Positions 1 to 13,299 of a stretch of 64,000 nt of DNA are shown here, one piece after another. Position numbers and translations under genes: made by a program. The notes beneath the pieces are model-generated. The model saw only the letters and a list, made by a program, of their open reading frames with translations, searched no databases and was not told the DNA's origin. How positions within the stretch are numbered: position 1 is the first letter of the stretch; each line of letters begins with the position of its first letter. Source of the DNA: Eledone cirrhosa (lineage: Eukaryota); NCBI GenBank assembly GCA_964016885.1, contig OZ024746.1, positions 64,480,001 through 64,544,000 of the forward strand, read 5' to 3'.

Positions 1-702
1 GTATTGATCTTTATGAATATAACCAGCTCTGCATTCTACTTTATTTCTTCTTTCCTCACCTCTCTCTCTCTTTCATCCTCTCTCACCCACTCTGTGGTGT
101 TATATCTGCAAGGGATTGCTAATAATATAATTTCTACAGTATTTATATTTATTTCACATCTTTACACTATTTCAAAGTATGAAAACTGAAGTGGTTGGTG
201 TGTATTGTGTTGTGTACTGAATTGAAGTAGAGACTGAGGTTTCAGGCAAGTGGCTTTGCCAGAGTAGAATATCAATTTTTTAAAAATATATATTATATAT
301 ACTTCCTTAATATTAAAACATATATTATATATAGTTTATTGATATTTAAACATATATTAAATATAGTTTATTGATAATTAAACATATATTAAATATAGTT
401 TATTGATAATTAAACATATATTATATATAGTTTATGTATTTAAACATGTATAAAAGCAGAAACAATTATATATAGTTTATATTTAAACATGCATTATATA
501 TAGTTTATATATATTTAAACATATATTATATTTAGTTTTTATATATTTAACCTTGTATTATATATAGTTATTTAAACATGTATTATATATAGTATATATA
601 TATATATATATATTTAAACATATATTATATGCAGTTTATATTTAAACATGCATTATATATAGTTTATATATAATTAAGCATGTATTATATACTTAAACAT
701 AT

Positions 703-891
703 GGGCAGTGGATTGGCAGTATCGGTAGAGGGTCGGATGCCATGCTTTGCAGCATAGTTACGGCCCTTTATGATCTGAGTTCAAATCCCGCCGAGGTCAA
801 CTCTGCCTTTCATCCTTACGGGGTTGATGAAATAAAGTACCAGTTATGCACTGGGATAATTGCTGGCCTTGTGCCAAAATTAGAAACAATT
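703..891 (+). mobile_element. tRNA-derived SINE family A (short form)
   Basis: A-box-like TGGCAGTATCGG, B-box GAGTTCAAATCC, core gcctttcatccttacggggtcgataaaataaagtaccag, and tail ggccttgtgcc..agaaacaatt. At least 15 copies occur in the window. Confidence 0.88.
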
Positions 892-1007
892 AAATATTTA
901 AACATATATTATATATAGTTTTGATATATTTATATTTAAAAATGCATTATATATAGTTTATATATATTTAAACATGTATTCTATATTTAAACATATATTA
1001 TACATAT

Positions 1008-1817
1008 GGCATAAATTCCATAAAATGTACGCAATGCAGATCTTGGGTACACAAGAGATGTAGTGGTATAGCAGGCAAACTAACAGGTAGGGAAAACTAC
1101 GTATGCAGTAGATGTACAGGGAAAGTTGGCAGTAGTAATTACAGTGATACACATTTTTCAAATGCAGGTGGGTTCTATAGAAGTGGTTGATAGCTTCCGG
1201 TACCTAGGTGATCAGATTAGCATGGGAGGTGGGGGGGAGGGGGGGTTCCGAGGCCATAGTATCTAGAATAAGGACGGGTTGGAAGAAGTTTAGGGAGCTG
1301 CTTCCTCCGTTGACAAAGAAGGGTTTCTCCCTGCGTACGAAAGGATGGTTATATGATGCCTGTGTGAGATGCACGATGCTGCATGGTAGTGAGACATGGG
1401 CAGCGACTGCAGAGGATATGCGACAGCTGGAGAGAAATGAAGCAAGCATGCTCCGTTGGATGTGCAATGTCAATGTGCATGAACGACCAATCATAGCAGA
1501 GTTGAGAAAGAAACTGGGTATAAGAGGGATAAGTTGTGGTGTGCAGGAGAGTAGACTGAGATGGTATGGACATGTGATGCACATGGAGTATGATGGCTGG
1601 GTAAAGAAGTGCCAAGAAATCCAAGTAGAAGGTAGACCACGCAGTAGAGGTAGACCACGAAAAACATGGGCGGAAGTGGTGAGAGCAGACCTCAGATCGC
1701 TGAAACTCACCGAGGAGATGACGAAGGACCGTGACAAGTGGAGAGATGCTGTGCTGAATAGGACCCGTCCAGCCCTTGCAAGCAGGGAAAAGCGGACGTA
1801 AAATGATGATGATGATG
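1008..1817 (+). mobile_element. 5'-truncated RTE LINE (family A)
   Basis: ORF 1208-1801 carries the RTE C-terminus (RLRWYGHV, GRPRKTW) and runs straight into cggacgtaaaa(tga)n. It is inserted in an AT-rich minisatellite. Confidence 0.92.
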
Positions 1818-3401
1818 GTGAAATATTGATATCGAAACATATATTATATATAGTTTATTTATAATTAAACATATTTATATTTTATTGGTATCTAAACGTA
1901 TACTCTATATAGTTTAGTAATAATTAAACAAATATTTTATATAGTGTATTAATATTTAAACATATGATGGTTATTGAGTAAAAGCTTGTGTAGAAACGGG
2001 GCATACACTAACACATATTCAAAATCCCTTTTCTCTTTCTGTGTAAATAATCAAAATAAATAAATAACTGTATACATATATATATTTGGTCTGGACATAA
2101 TGGAATCAAATTCCCATTCTCATTATCTCCATCTCTCTTGCTCTCACTATTATAATAAAAAAATGGGAGCCCATGTGCTGGCTGCCCCCGGCCCTGGTGG
2201 ACAGAATAATATTCAGGTTTACTTCATTACTAGTAGTGATATGTGACATTTGCACAGGATAGAGATTACTCAGACACTGGATAATTTCTTGGAAAAGAAT
2301 AATGGCAATCCTGCATAAATATGTTATTTGAAACACATTTATATTCAAGTGTGTGTGTGTGTGTATGAGAGAGACACGGGTGGTATCTGCTTGTATCCAT
2401 ATTTATTTTGTTGCTTTTATCCAATAACATTATTCAATTTACTTTTTTTATTGATCTCTATTTAATAAGAACTTGTATCTGTATTTGCCCCCTCTCCATA
2501 GAGTAGGAAGGGCTCTTCCTTCCGAGCCTCTGGCTAACAACCTCTCTAGTGTTGATGCAACAATAAATTACAACTAGTATACTCTGAAAAGTGATTGGTA
2601 TTGAGAAGAGTTTGGGAAGGGCTTCCAGTTGTAGAAGCCATGCCATAAAATGTTGAGAAGTCACTCTGTGTCACAAATCTTCTTTTTTATTCTGTCCATA
2701 TTTTTTTTTATTGTGTTTGTGTGTTTAATATGTGTCTGTGTCTACCCCTCTCTTAAGGTGTATCTCTTCCTCTATCTATTCCTCTTTCTCTAAGTTTTTC
2801 ACACACATTTTATTATGTATCATCATATCTCTCTCTCTCTCTCTCTTTCTCTCACCCATTCTCTCTCTTTGTCTACCTAATGTTACAAGATAGACAATAC
2901 CAAAACACAATATTATATACCAGGTCTTATTTAATATGTATACAGAAAATAAAACGTATAGAACTTAATATGAACTACTGTTTTGTTTCATACATCAAAA
3001 TAAATGTTATCATTACATGTCCGGTGAGGTGGGGAACAATAATATATGTTTTTGTGGTTATTCAGTTTCTAATTTCTGAGTATAATGCGGACACACACGC
3101 AGATAACTTCCATTTATATTTGTAGATACTGTTCTGTCTAACCTATTTTATTACTAATAGTATGTTACTATCTTATGCCTAGATACTGACTCACACATTT
3201 ACACACTCTTTCACGCAAACACATACATGCACACACACACAAATACAAACTTTCTCATTTCCTTATGCTTTCTTTCTATCTCTTACATATATATACACAT
3301 GTACACAACATCAATTCTTTTCTTGTTCAGATATGGAAATCTTAATTAGCTATTTGGGCGTGTGTGCATGTATATATGTGCATGTGTGTATGCATATATA
3401 T

Positions 3402-3448
<47 letters not shown>

Positions 3449-4789
3449 GGTGTGTGTGTGAATATATATGTATATATATTCATCTCATTTTTCATTTTGT
3501 ATTATTTTTCTGTTTTGATTTTGCTCTTGGTTTCTAAATAATGTGAAATAAATTATAGATGTATTTTGAACTATTAAAATTAGATGCTTCATATCTTATC
3601 CTGTCTCAATGCTTATTAAATGATGACTGAATATTTTGCTTTTTATTCGGATATCATGTAAAATTCATGAAATTTCATTAGCTTTTACATTTATACTTTG
3701 TTAGAAACTTTATTCTCTCTTCATCTTCACAGAGAGCATAGAAAGGAAATTGAACAAAACCATCAGCATCTCCAGTTTTTCATCTTTCTTTTGTAACATC
3801 AAGTGTTTATTGTCATTCCTCAAAAGTTTATAGGAGCAGAATCTATTGTAAGTAATAATGTTAGATGAGACAAAGAGAAATCATTGCATGGCAGTTGGCC
3901 AGTGTTTGAATGATGTCAGTTAGAGAGAGAATTGTTAATCATGCAAATGGCATAATCTTTATCATGACTATGTTCATTGTTATGTTGATGTTGATGTTGA
4001 TGATTATGATGATCATCATTATCATGATCTTGAGCTGAAATAAGAAGAAGGATGCTGATGATGCTGGTGGTAATGATGAGGATAATGATCACAATCATCT
4101 CTAGCACTATTACCACTACTGTAAAAACTATTGTTGTTGGTATCATTGTCATTGTTGTTGCTGCCCTTGGCATCATCATCATCATTATGTTCAATAGAAC
4201 TCCTTACAATCTGCAAATTTATTGTCAATCATGAATATATATTTATAACATTATAGTTTATTGTATAGATATAGCCCCAAGGAAGCTACATTGTCTGGTA
4301 AGGACTGAAAATATAACAAAAATCACCCATTAAAAAACACAAAACAAGAACAAAAAATATTATTGGTATTGAAACCAATCTATTGAATTGGCACCAAAAA
4401 TTAATTTGTGCCAACTTATAAAAATTGCACTTAATGATTTTAGAGGATTGCAGATATGAAATTACTATAGAGTTAAGAAGTTTGCTTCGCAACTTTCTGG
4501 TTGCAAGTTCAATTCCATTGCATGGAATCTTGAGCAAGTGTCTTATTTGCCAGAGCCATGTGGGTAGAATTTATTACAGATGATGATGATAGATATATCA
4601 TCATCATCATTTAACATCTGCTTTCCTTGCTAGCAGGGGTTAGATGGGTCTACATAGACCAAGTCAGCCCTTGTTGTTGAGTTGTAGTGTTGTTCTATAT
4701 GTGTTGGACCTTATTGTTGGGTTGTTCTGTATGTAGATATCCATATATATTAAATAAAATAAAACAATGTTTTTAATGGAATCAATTCA

Positions 4790-5215
4790 TTTATTGTCTT
4801 ACACATGTTTCACTAACAGAAATGAAATCATGATATGCATACATTTATTTTTTCATAAAACTTATATCATCATATTGATTCAATTACTATTAGGTCATCA
4901 GTGATACATAGCCAGATATATTTAGCAGTATGAGTTAGTAATTAAGCTGTAGCACTACCTATGACTGTATATCCACTGTTTCGAAACAACCAATAGTGTT
5001 CATAACCTATGGTATTTAGGATGGGCTTGCTACTTATGACTGCTTCCTTTTCTTTTTTGTTGATGCCACTTTCTACAGTGTCACTGAAATGACTTCCCTG
5101 GGCTGTATGTTTGGAAATCCCTGATTGCCCAAATGTCACAATTTCCTCTTTAGCCTCAATGTTGTTGTACAATGGACAGAGTGCAGAGCAGTGCATTTGA
5201 CACCGGTTGACCTGC
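4790..5215 (-). mobile_element. Degenerate Penelope-like element 3' end (GIY-YIG C-terminal remnant plus hammerhead-like motif)
   Basis: Minus ORF 4942-5196 has SGISKH..GSHF..KEKEAVI..KPILNTIG, like the PLE GIY-YIG tail. Downstream lies CTGATGA..GAAACATGTGTA..AATAAA. Confidence 0.55.
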
Positions 5216-6122
5216 TGGAGTTACTAGAGTAACATTGAACTGAACACCAGACCTCTTTAGAGGTCATTCCAGATTTATTACTAGATTTACACCCAAGCAT
5301 TTATCTGTTTACCAGCTGGAAATCCATAACTCTGACCATGATCCCATATCAAGCACTGTTGAGATGAGCCAGCTCTGACTGACATATATTGTATGCATAT
5401 TGATTTGTATATGTATAATTCAATATCTTTGTAAATTTACTGTTAAATAATACTCTCTCTGTACTTTAATTAACACATACTGCAAACAAATATACTATGT
5501 GTTTATATGTGTATGTTCATGTCTATATCCATATTTCTGTCTGTGCATGAGAATGTCTGTATTCCTTTATCTATTTTTATGATATACACATGTTCTCTAA
5601 ATTTTTCATACTCACACACACACTCACTGTGTGCATATTAGTTTATCTGCAAATATCATTTGTGCTTTTAATGTAACAATTTGCTTTGGCCTTCCTTCAT
5701 TACTGTGTTTTTGTTTTATCACGTAGAAAACTGTGTCATGTGCTTATGTTTGTTTGATCCACAAATTAGTGGCGATGTTTATTTTCTTCAGTGTGAAGAG
5801 ACAGTTAACAATGTATTTCAGAGAATGTCTTAGACTTTATTAATATGCTATTAATAAATTCCAACGTGAATAATGACTCTAGATAGCTGCAAGGATGGTT
5901 TTGTTTGTGCTGCATGGAAGACATAGTAACAAATTAATTAAAAACAGCAAATGTGTATTAAATAAAGTATTATCACCATCATAATCCTATTTGATAATGA
6001 TGAAAGGCAAATAGATTTCAATGCTATTTGAACTCAGAATGCAAATAAACCTAACTAAATACTGCAAGCTATTTGGTCTTTCATTTTTCTGGCTCACCTG
6101 ATCACACTGCTTAATTATAATA

Positions 6123-6311
6123 ATTATTTCTACTTTTGGCACAAGGCCAGCAATTATCCCAGTGCATTACTGGTACTTTATTTTATCGACCCCGTAAGGA
6201 TGAAAGGCAAAGTTAACCTCGGCGGGATTTGAACTCAGACCATAAAGGGCCGTAACTCTATGCTGCAAAGCATGGCGTCTGACCCTCTACCGATACTGCC
6301 AATCCACCGCT
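6123..6311 (-). mobile_element. SINE family A
   Basis: Reverse complement of 703-891. Confidence 0.88.
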
Positions 6312-6324
6312 TAATTATAATAAT

Positions 6325-6750
6325 AATGATTTCATTTATTGGCCCCAAGGACCAACATGTAGGGGACAATACAAAGACACAGGCAGTGGATGTTTACAAT
6401 AAGCTCGAGTAAAAGTGCACACTGGCAAGACCAATTTAACAATGAAAATATAAAATAAACTGCATAAACAACAAAATAGATTCCCCAATAGGGGAGTGGA
6501 TGACCCAGGGGCGACTCCGGTACCCCACCAATCCTGAAACACCCGACGCTTCTCGGGTATCCGGGGAGGGCACCCCTCTCATCAAATTAATCAGCCTACA
6601 GGCGTATGGTCAGAGTAGGCCCACTCACACGGGCCATTCTCGCCACATTCATCCACTTTTTAGCTAATGTACTGGGGGCAGCACTTCTCTCTCCACCTTC
6701 CTTTCCAGGTGAAACTTGAAGAAGTTGATGAGGGATTGGCCAAAGAGAAA
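6325..6750 (-). mobile_element. 3' end of a Tx1/L1-like LINE
   Basis: The minus strand reads FLFGQSLINFFKFHLERKVERE..KKWMNVARMARVSGPTLTIRL*, followed by a 3' UTR ending aataaatgaaatcattattat. Confidence 0.6.
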
Positions 6751-6774
6751 TAATAATAATAATAATAATAATAA

Positions 6775-7430
6775 GGCGGAGGCTAGTTCACTCTGTAGGA
6801 TCTGTGGAGAGAGAGAGAGAGGAAACTGTGGCTCACATCGTATCTGAGTGTAAACACCTAGCCCAGACTCACTATAAAAGATGGAGACACAATAGAATAG
6901 GAAAGGTGGATTCTCTGGAATTTGTGCAAACTAAATAATGTATCACATTCTGAGAAGTGGTATGAGTATAAGCCAGAGTTGGTGATAGAAAACGGTCAAG
7001 TGAAGGTGCTATGGGATTTCAAGATACAGATAGAAAAGAAATTAGAACACAATAGGCCTGACCTTGTGGTTTTTGACAAGGAAAAAAAGATCATGCCTGT
7101 TTGTAGATGTAGCCTGCCCCTTTGACACAAGAGTGCAAGAAAAGGAGAGGGAGAAAATTAACCGATACCAGAATTTAAAGTGGGAATTAAAAAGGATTTG
7201 GGACTTTCATGAGATGGTTGTCCCGATTGTCATAGGAGCACTAGGTACTACCTCAAGGAGTTTTCAAGGATGGTTAAAGAACATTAGTCCAGCCCCCTTG
7301 TTTGGAACACTTCAAAAGGCATGCCTACTTGGATACATCCTGCATATCTGAGGCTGCAGGTAGTGGCTTGATTTCATTAGCGCAATTTTTCTGATCAAAT
7401 AACATCAATGACTGAGGTATCAAATTCACA
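6775..7430 (+). mobile_element. 5'-truncated Dong/R4-clade non-LTR retrotransposon (CCHC plus restriction-like endonuclease), frameshifted
   Basis: CRICGE..ETVAHIVSEC, LWDFKIQ..HNRPDLVVFDK, FVDVACP, EKINRY, VVPIVIGALG, LQKACLLG. (TAA)n flanks both sides, the known Dong target. Confidence 0.88.
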
Positions 7431-7437
7431 ATAATAA

Positions 7438-7960
7438 TAATTATTTCTACTTTTGGCACAAGGCCAGCAATTACCCAGTGTATTACTGGTACTTTATTTT
7501 ATCCACCCCGTAAGGATGAAAGGCAAAGTTAACCTCGGCGGGATTTGAACTCAGACCGTAAAGGGACGTAACTCTATGCTTCAAAGCATGGTATCCAACT
7601 CTCTACCGATACTGCCAATTCACAATAATAATTGTTTCTACTTTAAGCACAAGGCCAGCAATTACCCAGTGCATTACTGGTACTTTATTTTATCGACCCC
7701 GTAAGGATGAAAGGCAAAGTCAACCTCGGCGGGATTTGAACTCAGATCGTAAAGGGACGTACAATAATAATAATGATTTCTGATTTAGGCAGAAGGCCAA
7801 CAATTTGAAGGGGAGGGTAAAGTCGATTAAATCTACCCCAGTGCGTTACTGGTACTTTATTTTATCGACCGCGTAATGATGTAAGGCAAAAGTAACCTTG
7901 GCGGGATTTGTTCTCAGAACATAAAGGGCCATAACTCTATGCCACTAAGCATGTTGTCAC
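7438..7960 (-). mobile_element. Three head-to-tail SINE family A copies separated by (TAA)n
   Basis: tttct..ggcacaaggcc..ggatttgaactcag is repeated at about 7444, 7635 and 7777. Confidence 0.88.
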
Positions 7961-8109
7961 AATAATAATAATTACCGCTCAAATGGATTGATGCTATAAA
8001 GAGAATAGCGAGATCACCATGGAGGAGGAGATGAGATCAAGAATGGAATAGATGAAATATGACACTGGAAGGATGAAAAACAAATTGGACCATGACAGGA
8101 TTTGAACTC

Positions 8110-8385
8110 ACATCATCATCATATGCCTACCTTTCCCTGCTTGCAAGGGTGGGACGGGTCCTATTCAGCACAGCATCTCTCCATTCATCATGGTCCTTTG
8201 TCATCTCCTCCATGAGCTTCAGCGATCTAAGGTCAGCACTCACCACCTCCATCCATGATTTTTGTCATCTTCCACTACTGCGTCTTCCTTCCACTGGGAT
8301 TTTTTAGCACTTCTTTACCCAGTGGTCATCGCGTCTTCTCTCCCGCACACTACAGCTTATACACAGTTTCTCTCTCAATCTCTAA
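8110..8385 (-). mobile_element. RTE family A 3' fragment
   Basis: Reverse complement of the family A 3' end (ttccctgcttgcaagggtgggacgggtcctattcagcacagc) with a (CAT)n tail. Confidence 0.88.
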
Positions 8386-11300
8386 ATCGTCTATGTAAAG
8401 TTATATATGATATTAAATGTTTTACCTAGCAGAAGTTCATGATTACTAGTAGAAAAAAGGAGTGACGTAGTTTCAGAAATGGTTGAAAGTCTGTTGAAAT
8501 AAAGCATTGGATATTAATTTCATCTCTTCCTGTTTTGTGTTTAGTCATGTGATGAAGACAAAACAATCAGCCACTTTCCTCTAATAGAAATTTGTGGCCC
8601 TGTGCCAATCCTAGAACAGAAATACGTAGAAATTAGTTAGAAGAAATTATCATCATCAGTCTCCTTGTTATCATCATCATCATTTGAGTTGTATGTTTTT
8701 TTTCTTTCTGATTTTGTTATATTTTGTCCTGGTTTTCTATTGATATATTCCAAATTGTTTCTTTTGCAAGGAAATTACTTGGTGTCTTTAAATCACTTCT
8801 TTACATACATTTTTTTAATATCCTAAATGATCCTAATTTTATAGTTTTATGGTTATGATGGAGATAGGTATCATATTCTGTCCTATTGTGTCTTGGTTTA
8901 TCTTATCTACAATATACAATTTGTCATCTTGACATAGAGCTATTACTATTATTATATAACTCTTTCTAGCAACCATATGATTGCCATTGTTTAAATATCT
9001 GAGATTAATTTTTGTTAATAAGGCCATAATTTTCCGGATTATTAAACTTGTCTTTAGTTTGTGCACTATTTAATTTCCTACCAACTACTGACCAGTGGAA
9101 TGGAATGGACCATGTTGGTTATGACGATGGGTGTTCCAGTTCAATCAACTGAACAGCCCGCTCATGTAATTAATGGGGAAGTGACTGAGTATTCCACAGA
9201 CATGTGTACCCGTAACATAATTTTCAAAGGGATTCAGTATAACATAATTGCAGGTACAGTTGTTCATCCAATGGGCTTCCAAACAGTTTCCTTCTACCCA
9301 GTTTTACTCTCAAATTTTTGGTTGATCTGAGGCTATAGTAAATAACTCATGTCCAAGATGTCACACAGTGGTATTGAACCTGGAACCTAATGATTGCAAA
9401 GCGAACTTTTTAACCATTCATCCATGCTGTATCTACTACCAGCAAGTAACCCATAGTTATCTATCTCTCTTCCATTATTCTCTCTCTTTTACAATCCTAT
9501 AAATTTATCCCTGTCACACTTCTAATCATATACTCCTATCTTTCTAACTCTGACATCATTCCTCTTCTATTCAAATTGTTGAGCTCATTTGCCTTGAAAG
9601 AATGGAGACTATATAGAGTAGAGAGGACTCGTTTGTTTTGCTAACTTCTCTTTAGTACTGGTTCCATGATAAAATGTGTCCAGTACACACTGTAAAGTGG
9701 TTGTTATCAGGAAGGGCATCCAGCCATAAAGAATATGCTAACATTAAAATGCATGAGTGGGATTTTGTCTTCTGAGACATACATTTAGGTCAGTAATTCC
9801 AATTAAAAATTGACTTGGACTGTAGCAAATCCTGCTGAGGTTAGCTTTGCCTTTCATCCTTATGGGTTCAATAAATAAAGTACTAGTATTGCACTGGGGT
9901 CGTTTTAATTGACTTTCCCCTTCCCTTCAAATTACTGGTCATGAGCTAAAAGTAGAAACAATTATTAGGTGTCTTATTCCTTAATGAATACAAAACCAAA
10001 AACTGAATGCAAATTCAGAAATATAGTTTTTTTAGTTTGAATCCGGTTCGGGATTATTTGCACATCACCTGACTATAACTGCGGAATGAAATTTTTAGAG
10101 GTCCTTATACAATAAGTGATAATTTATTTAGTTGTTGATATTTTTTCACCGAGATACCAAGATGCTGTATCTCATATTTTGCTGAATTACTGTACTATGT
10201 ATATAACTACTCTTCCTTTTTATCGTTCCCATTCATTTCAAATGTGGCACTCACAATGAACACTAATTCAAGAACATATATATGCCTAATGCTACTTGTC
10301 TTAAAATAATGAGAGATCAGAAATAAATGTTGATTGTATTATTCTGGCAAAGAATTAACTAGTGAGTGGCTGTTGCCTCATGGTCTCAGCAGGCAGAAAT
10401 ATGAATGTGTTATCCCAGCGGGTAGTGGGGTGATGTACTAAAAGAACCAGTCTTACTTCTGCAACAAATGCATTACTCTATCATATGTATGATAAATTTC
10501 CCACAATACATTTATTCAAACCCTCTTTCTTAATGTTGTGAATGGAAACTTGTTACTTTTCTATGCATGAATTACTGTCCGTTTCTTATCTGTGCTTCAC
10601 CAATCTTTGGAAGAACATGGGCTGTTTAACTGCCTTAAATTATAGCACCACTATGCATCCATATTTCTTTTAAAGTGATCAAATGTAATGTACATGTACA
10701 TATCGCAAATATACACTCTAAAGATAAGATTAATAGCCTGGAAAATTATAATCTTTGGATTACAGTTGAACTATAAGAATACAGATACATATGAAAATTT
10801 CAGTGTTCCTTTATTATGAGCTTCATGAAATCATTAATATTGCAGTAATTGGAATATTTGAAATAATTGCAGTCTTAATGGTTTGCTTTTACTTTCTCAA
10901 TTCCTGACAAATCCATACACTATTTATTATTCTATACTGTGCATATGATTTTCAAATATGCGTTTATCCTGGTTATATGCTACCGGCAATTAAAATGAAT
11001 TCAAGAATTGACAGCAAATTCAGTTGCATTGGTAGGTAGATAATTTCCCCACAGATTCTGTAGAATCACATGATGTGCAGATTATCTCCTAAATTGTTGT
11101 TCAGAAGATTAATATCCTCATGTACTTAGCTATATTGAAGATATCTTCAATATCTCTGCCATTAAATTTGTGTTCCCTGTTAGCATTCATTTTACTCAGT
11201 CTTGCCAATATTTCGTCTTTACCTTTCACAGTTAATTCAAACCTTGAATTAACCACACATCAAAATGATGTTTCTGAGAAATTCTTGGCAACTTTCTTTG

Positions 11301-11767
11301 AGCAAAGTTGGAATTGTATTTGGTCTCCTAAGTTATTAATACAATTATCAAGCAGTCTGATGTCTAAGTATATATGAAGATCTTAGTTAAGTTTCTGAAA
11401 GGATGAGTCATTTGAGAGATCAAATGGAATTTGAAAACTTCTTAAGAAACTCCAGGTCAAAAGTCTTATGTGACTCATTTCTCGGTCTTTTCTACTTCTA
11501 CTACTACAGCTTCTGCTCCTCCTAGTTAGCTGATCTTATCCAATCTCTTCTCAAGTATTCATGAAATTCAACATTCTGGAAATGCTCTCTGGGCATGTTT
11601 TCCTTTCACTCAAGAGAAACATTAACCATGTCAATCTCACCAGTCTAGGACATGTGAAAACTATAGGTACAGCCCCTTCCTCCAGACAACACTAATAAAA
11701 CAAAAACTTAGTTTGGCTATTAGTCCTGTTGTGATGATTCTAATGTTGAAATATTATTAGATTTAGA

Positions 11768-11962
11768 TGGGTAGTAGATTAGCAGTATTGGTAGAATGTC
11801 AGACACCATACTTTGCAGCATAGAGTTATGGCCCTTTATGTTCTGAGTTCAAATCCCACCAAGGTTAGCTTTGCCTTTCATCCTTACAGGGTCGATAAAA
11901 TAAAAGCACCAGTAATGCACTGAGGTAATTGCTGGCCTTGTGCCAAAAGTAGAAACAATTAT
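11768..11962 (+). mobile_element. SINE family A
   Basis: Same head, core and tail, with flanking duplication tattagatttagatg. Confidence 0.85.
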
Positions 11963-12427
11963 TAGATTTAGATGTGCCACACTTACATCTTGTTGATTCA
12001 CTATTACAGAAGCTCAACTAATGGAACATTCATAAATGCTTTGTCTGCTATAGTACTGGAACCTTTTATTAATACTGCCCAGTTTAACATCATCACTTTG
12101 TTTGAGTGCCTTTAGCAGAGTTCTCTCTATCACATGCAATTTGGATAGGCCTTTGTGTGGAGGATAACCTAGGAGTTGTGGTTTCATCCTCCTTTCCTCT
12201 CTTCAGCCCTAAAAAAGTTATGGGTGCTGCACCTACACCTGATTAAGCCATAAGACAAAAAAAAAGAAAAAACTGTAATGGTATGTAATGACAAATTTTA
12301 TCTTCCATCTTATGAGTAATAATAAAATAATTATCATTAAACTACTATAGTTTAGTCAGATATATCTATCCTAAAAATTCTGTAACTTTTGTAAAGAGGA
12401 AAACATATTTTATTTGTTCTCACCACC

Positions 12428-12471
<44 letters not shown>

Positions 12472-13299
12472 GCTGATAAAACACTAAACTATAGCTACCA
12501 CATGCAATTGAATATCATTTAGTAGAATGTACCATACTTTCAATAAGAGTTTTAGGTATCCATGCATTTTCAAGCAGGCTTAGATGCCTTCTTGTCTCTA
12601 CCCTCCTTTGATCCAGATGAGCATAAAAGATATGACAGCTGTATGGGCTGGTACTCTCTTTATTGACACCTAAAGGACAAAAGACAAAGTGGCTCCTTGT
12701 GGGATTTGAACTTAGGGAGTTGAATATTTGATTTGGTTCTCAATGCTCTAATAACTCTGCCAATCTGACCACCTCAAGGCTTTTGGGTAATAGAAATAGT
12801 ATATTGACAGACTATATGCCTTCTAGTATGAGGTTGTATTCCCTAACATTGTGAGTTGAAATCATACTAGTGTAACCTTTACCTTTTATCACTTTGTGCA
12901 TTGATAAAATACATACCAGTTGCTTACTGAATTGGTTCAATCAGCTACATTCTTCCATATGAATTTTAAATGATGAGAAATCAATATAATCATATTGGTT
13001 TCATTAAATTGTTAAAACTAAAAGCACCAGTTGTGTAAACTGGCAAAACTTCAAAGCAAAAAGCAGGATTATTCTGTCATTAAGGTGATATCTTCCTAAT
13101 TCTCGAGAAGAATGAATTAGAGTTATTAAAAATTTAAATATCTTTTGAAATTCAAGTGAAAGTAGCTACAGCTGATAATTCACATCAAGTCTCACTGATA
13201 TCTCACTTTCTAGGCTATAATGTTTGCAACAACACCCACCAAACAAAAGGATGTGTTGTCATGTTGCCAATGACTATCTTTAAATTTATTTGTCTGACA

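Larger units (their letters stand above)
280..1965. repeat. AT-rich ~30-36 bp minisatellite split by a SINE and an RTE
   Basis: ttaaacatatattatatatagttta(t) recurs at 280-700, 895-1005 and 1835-1965. Confidence 0.8.

Noticed and set aside
10400-11400. Possible second Penelope remnant (IGEAQIR..HRKS on -, YIEDIF on +)
   Set aside because: The motifs lie on opposite strands and are too decayed to support.
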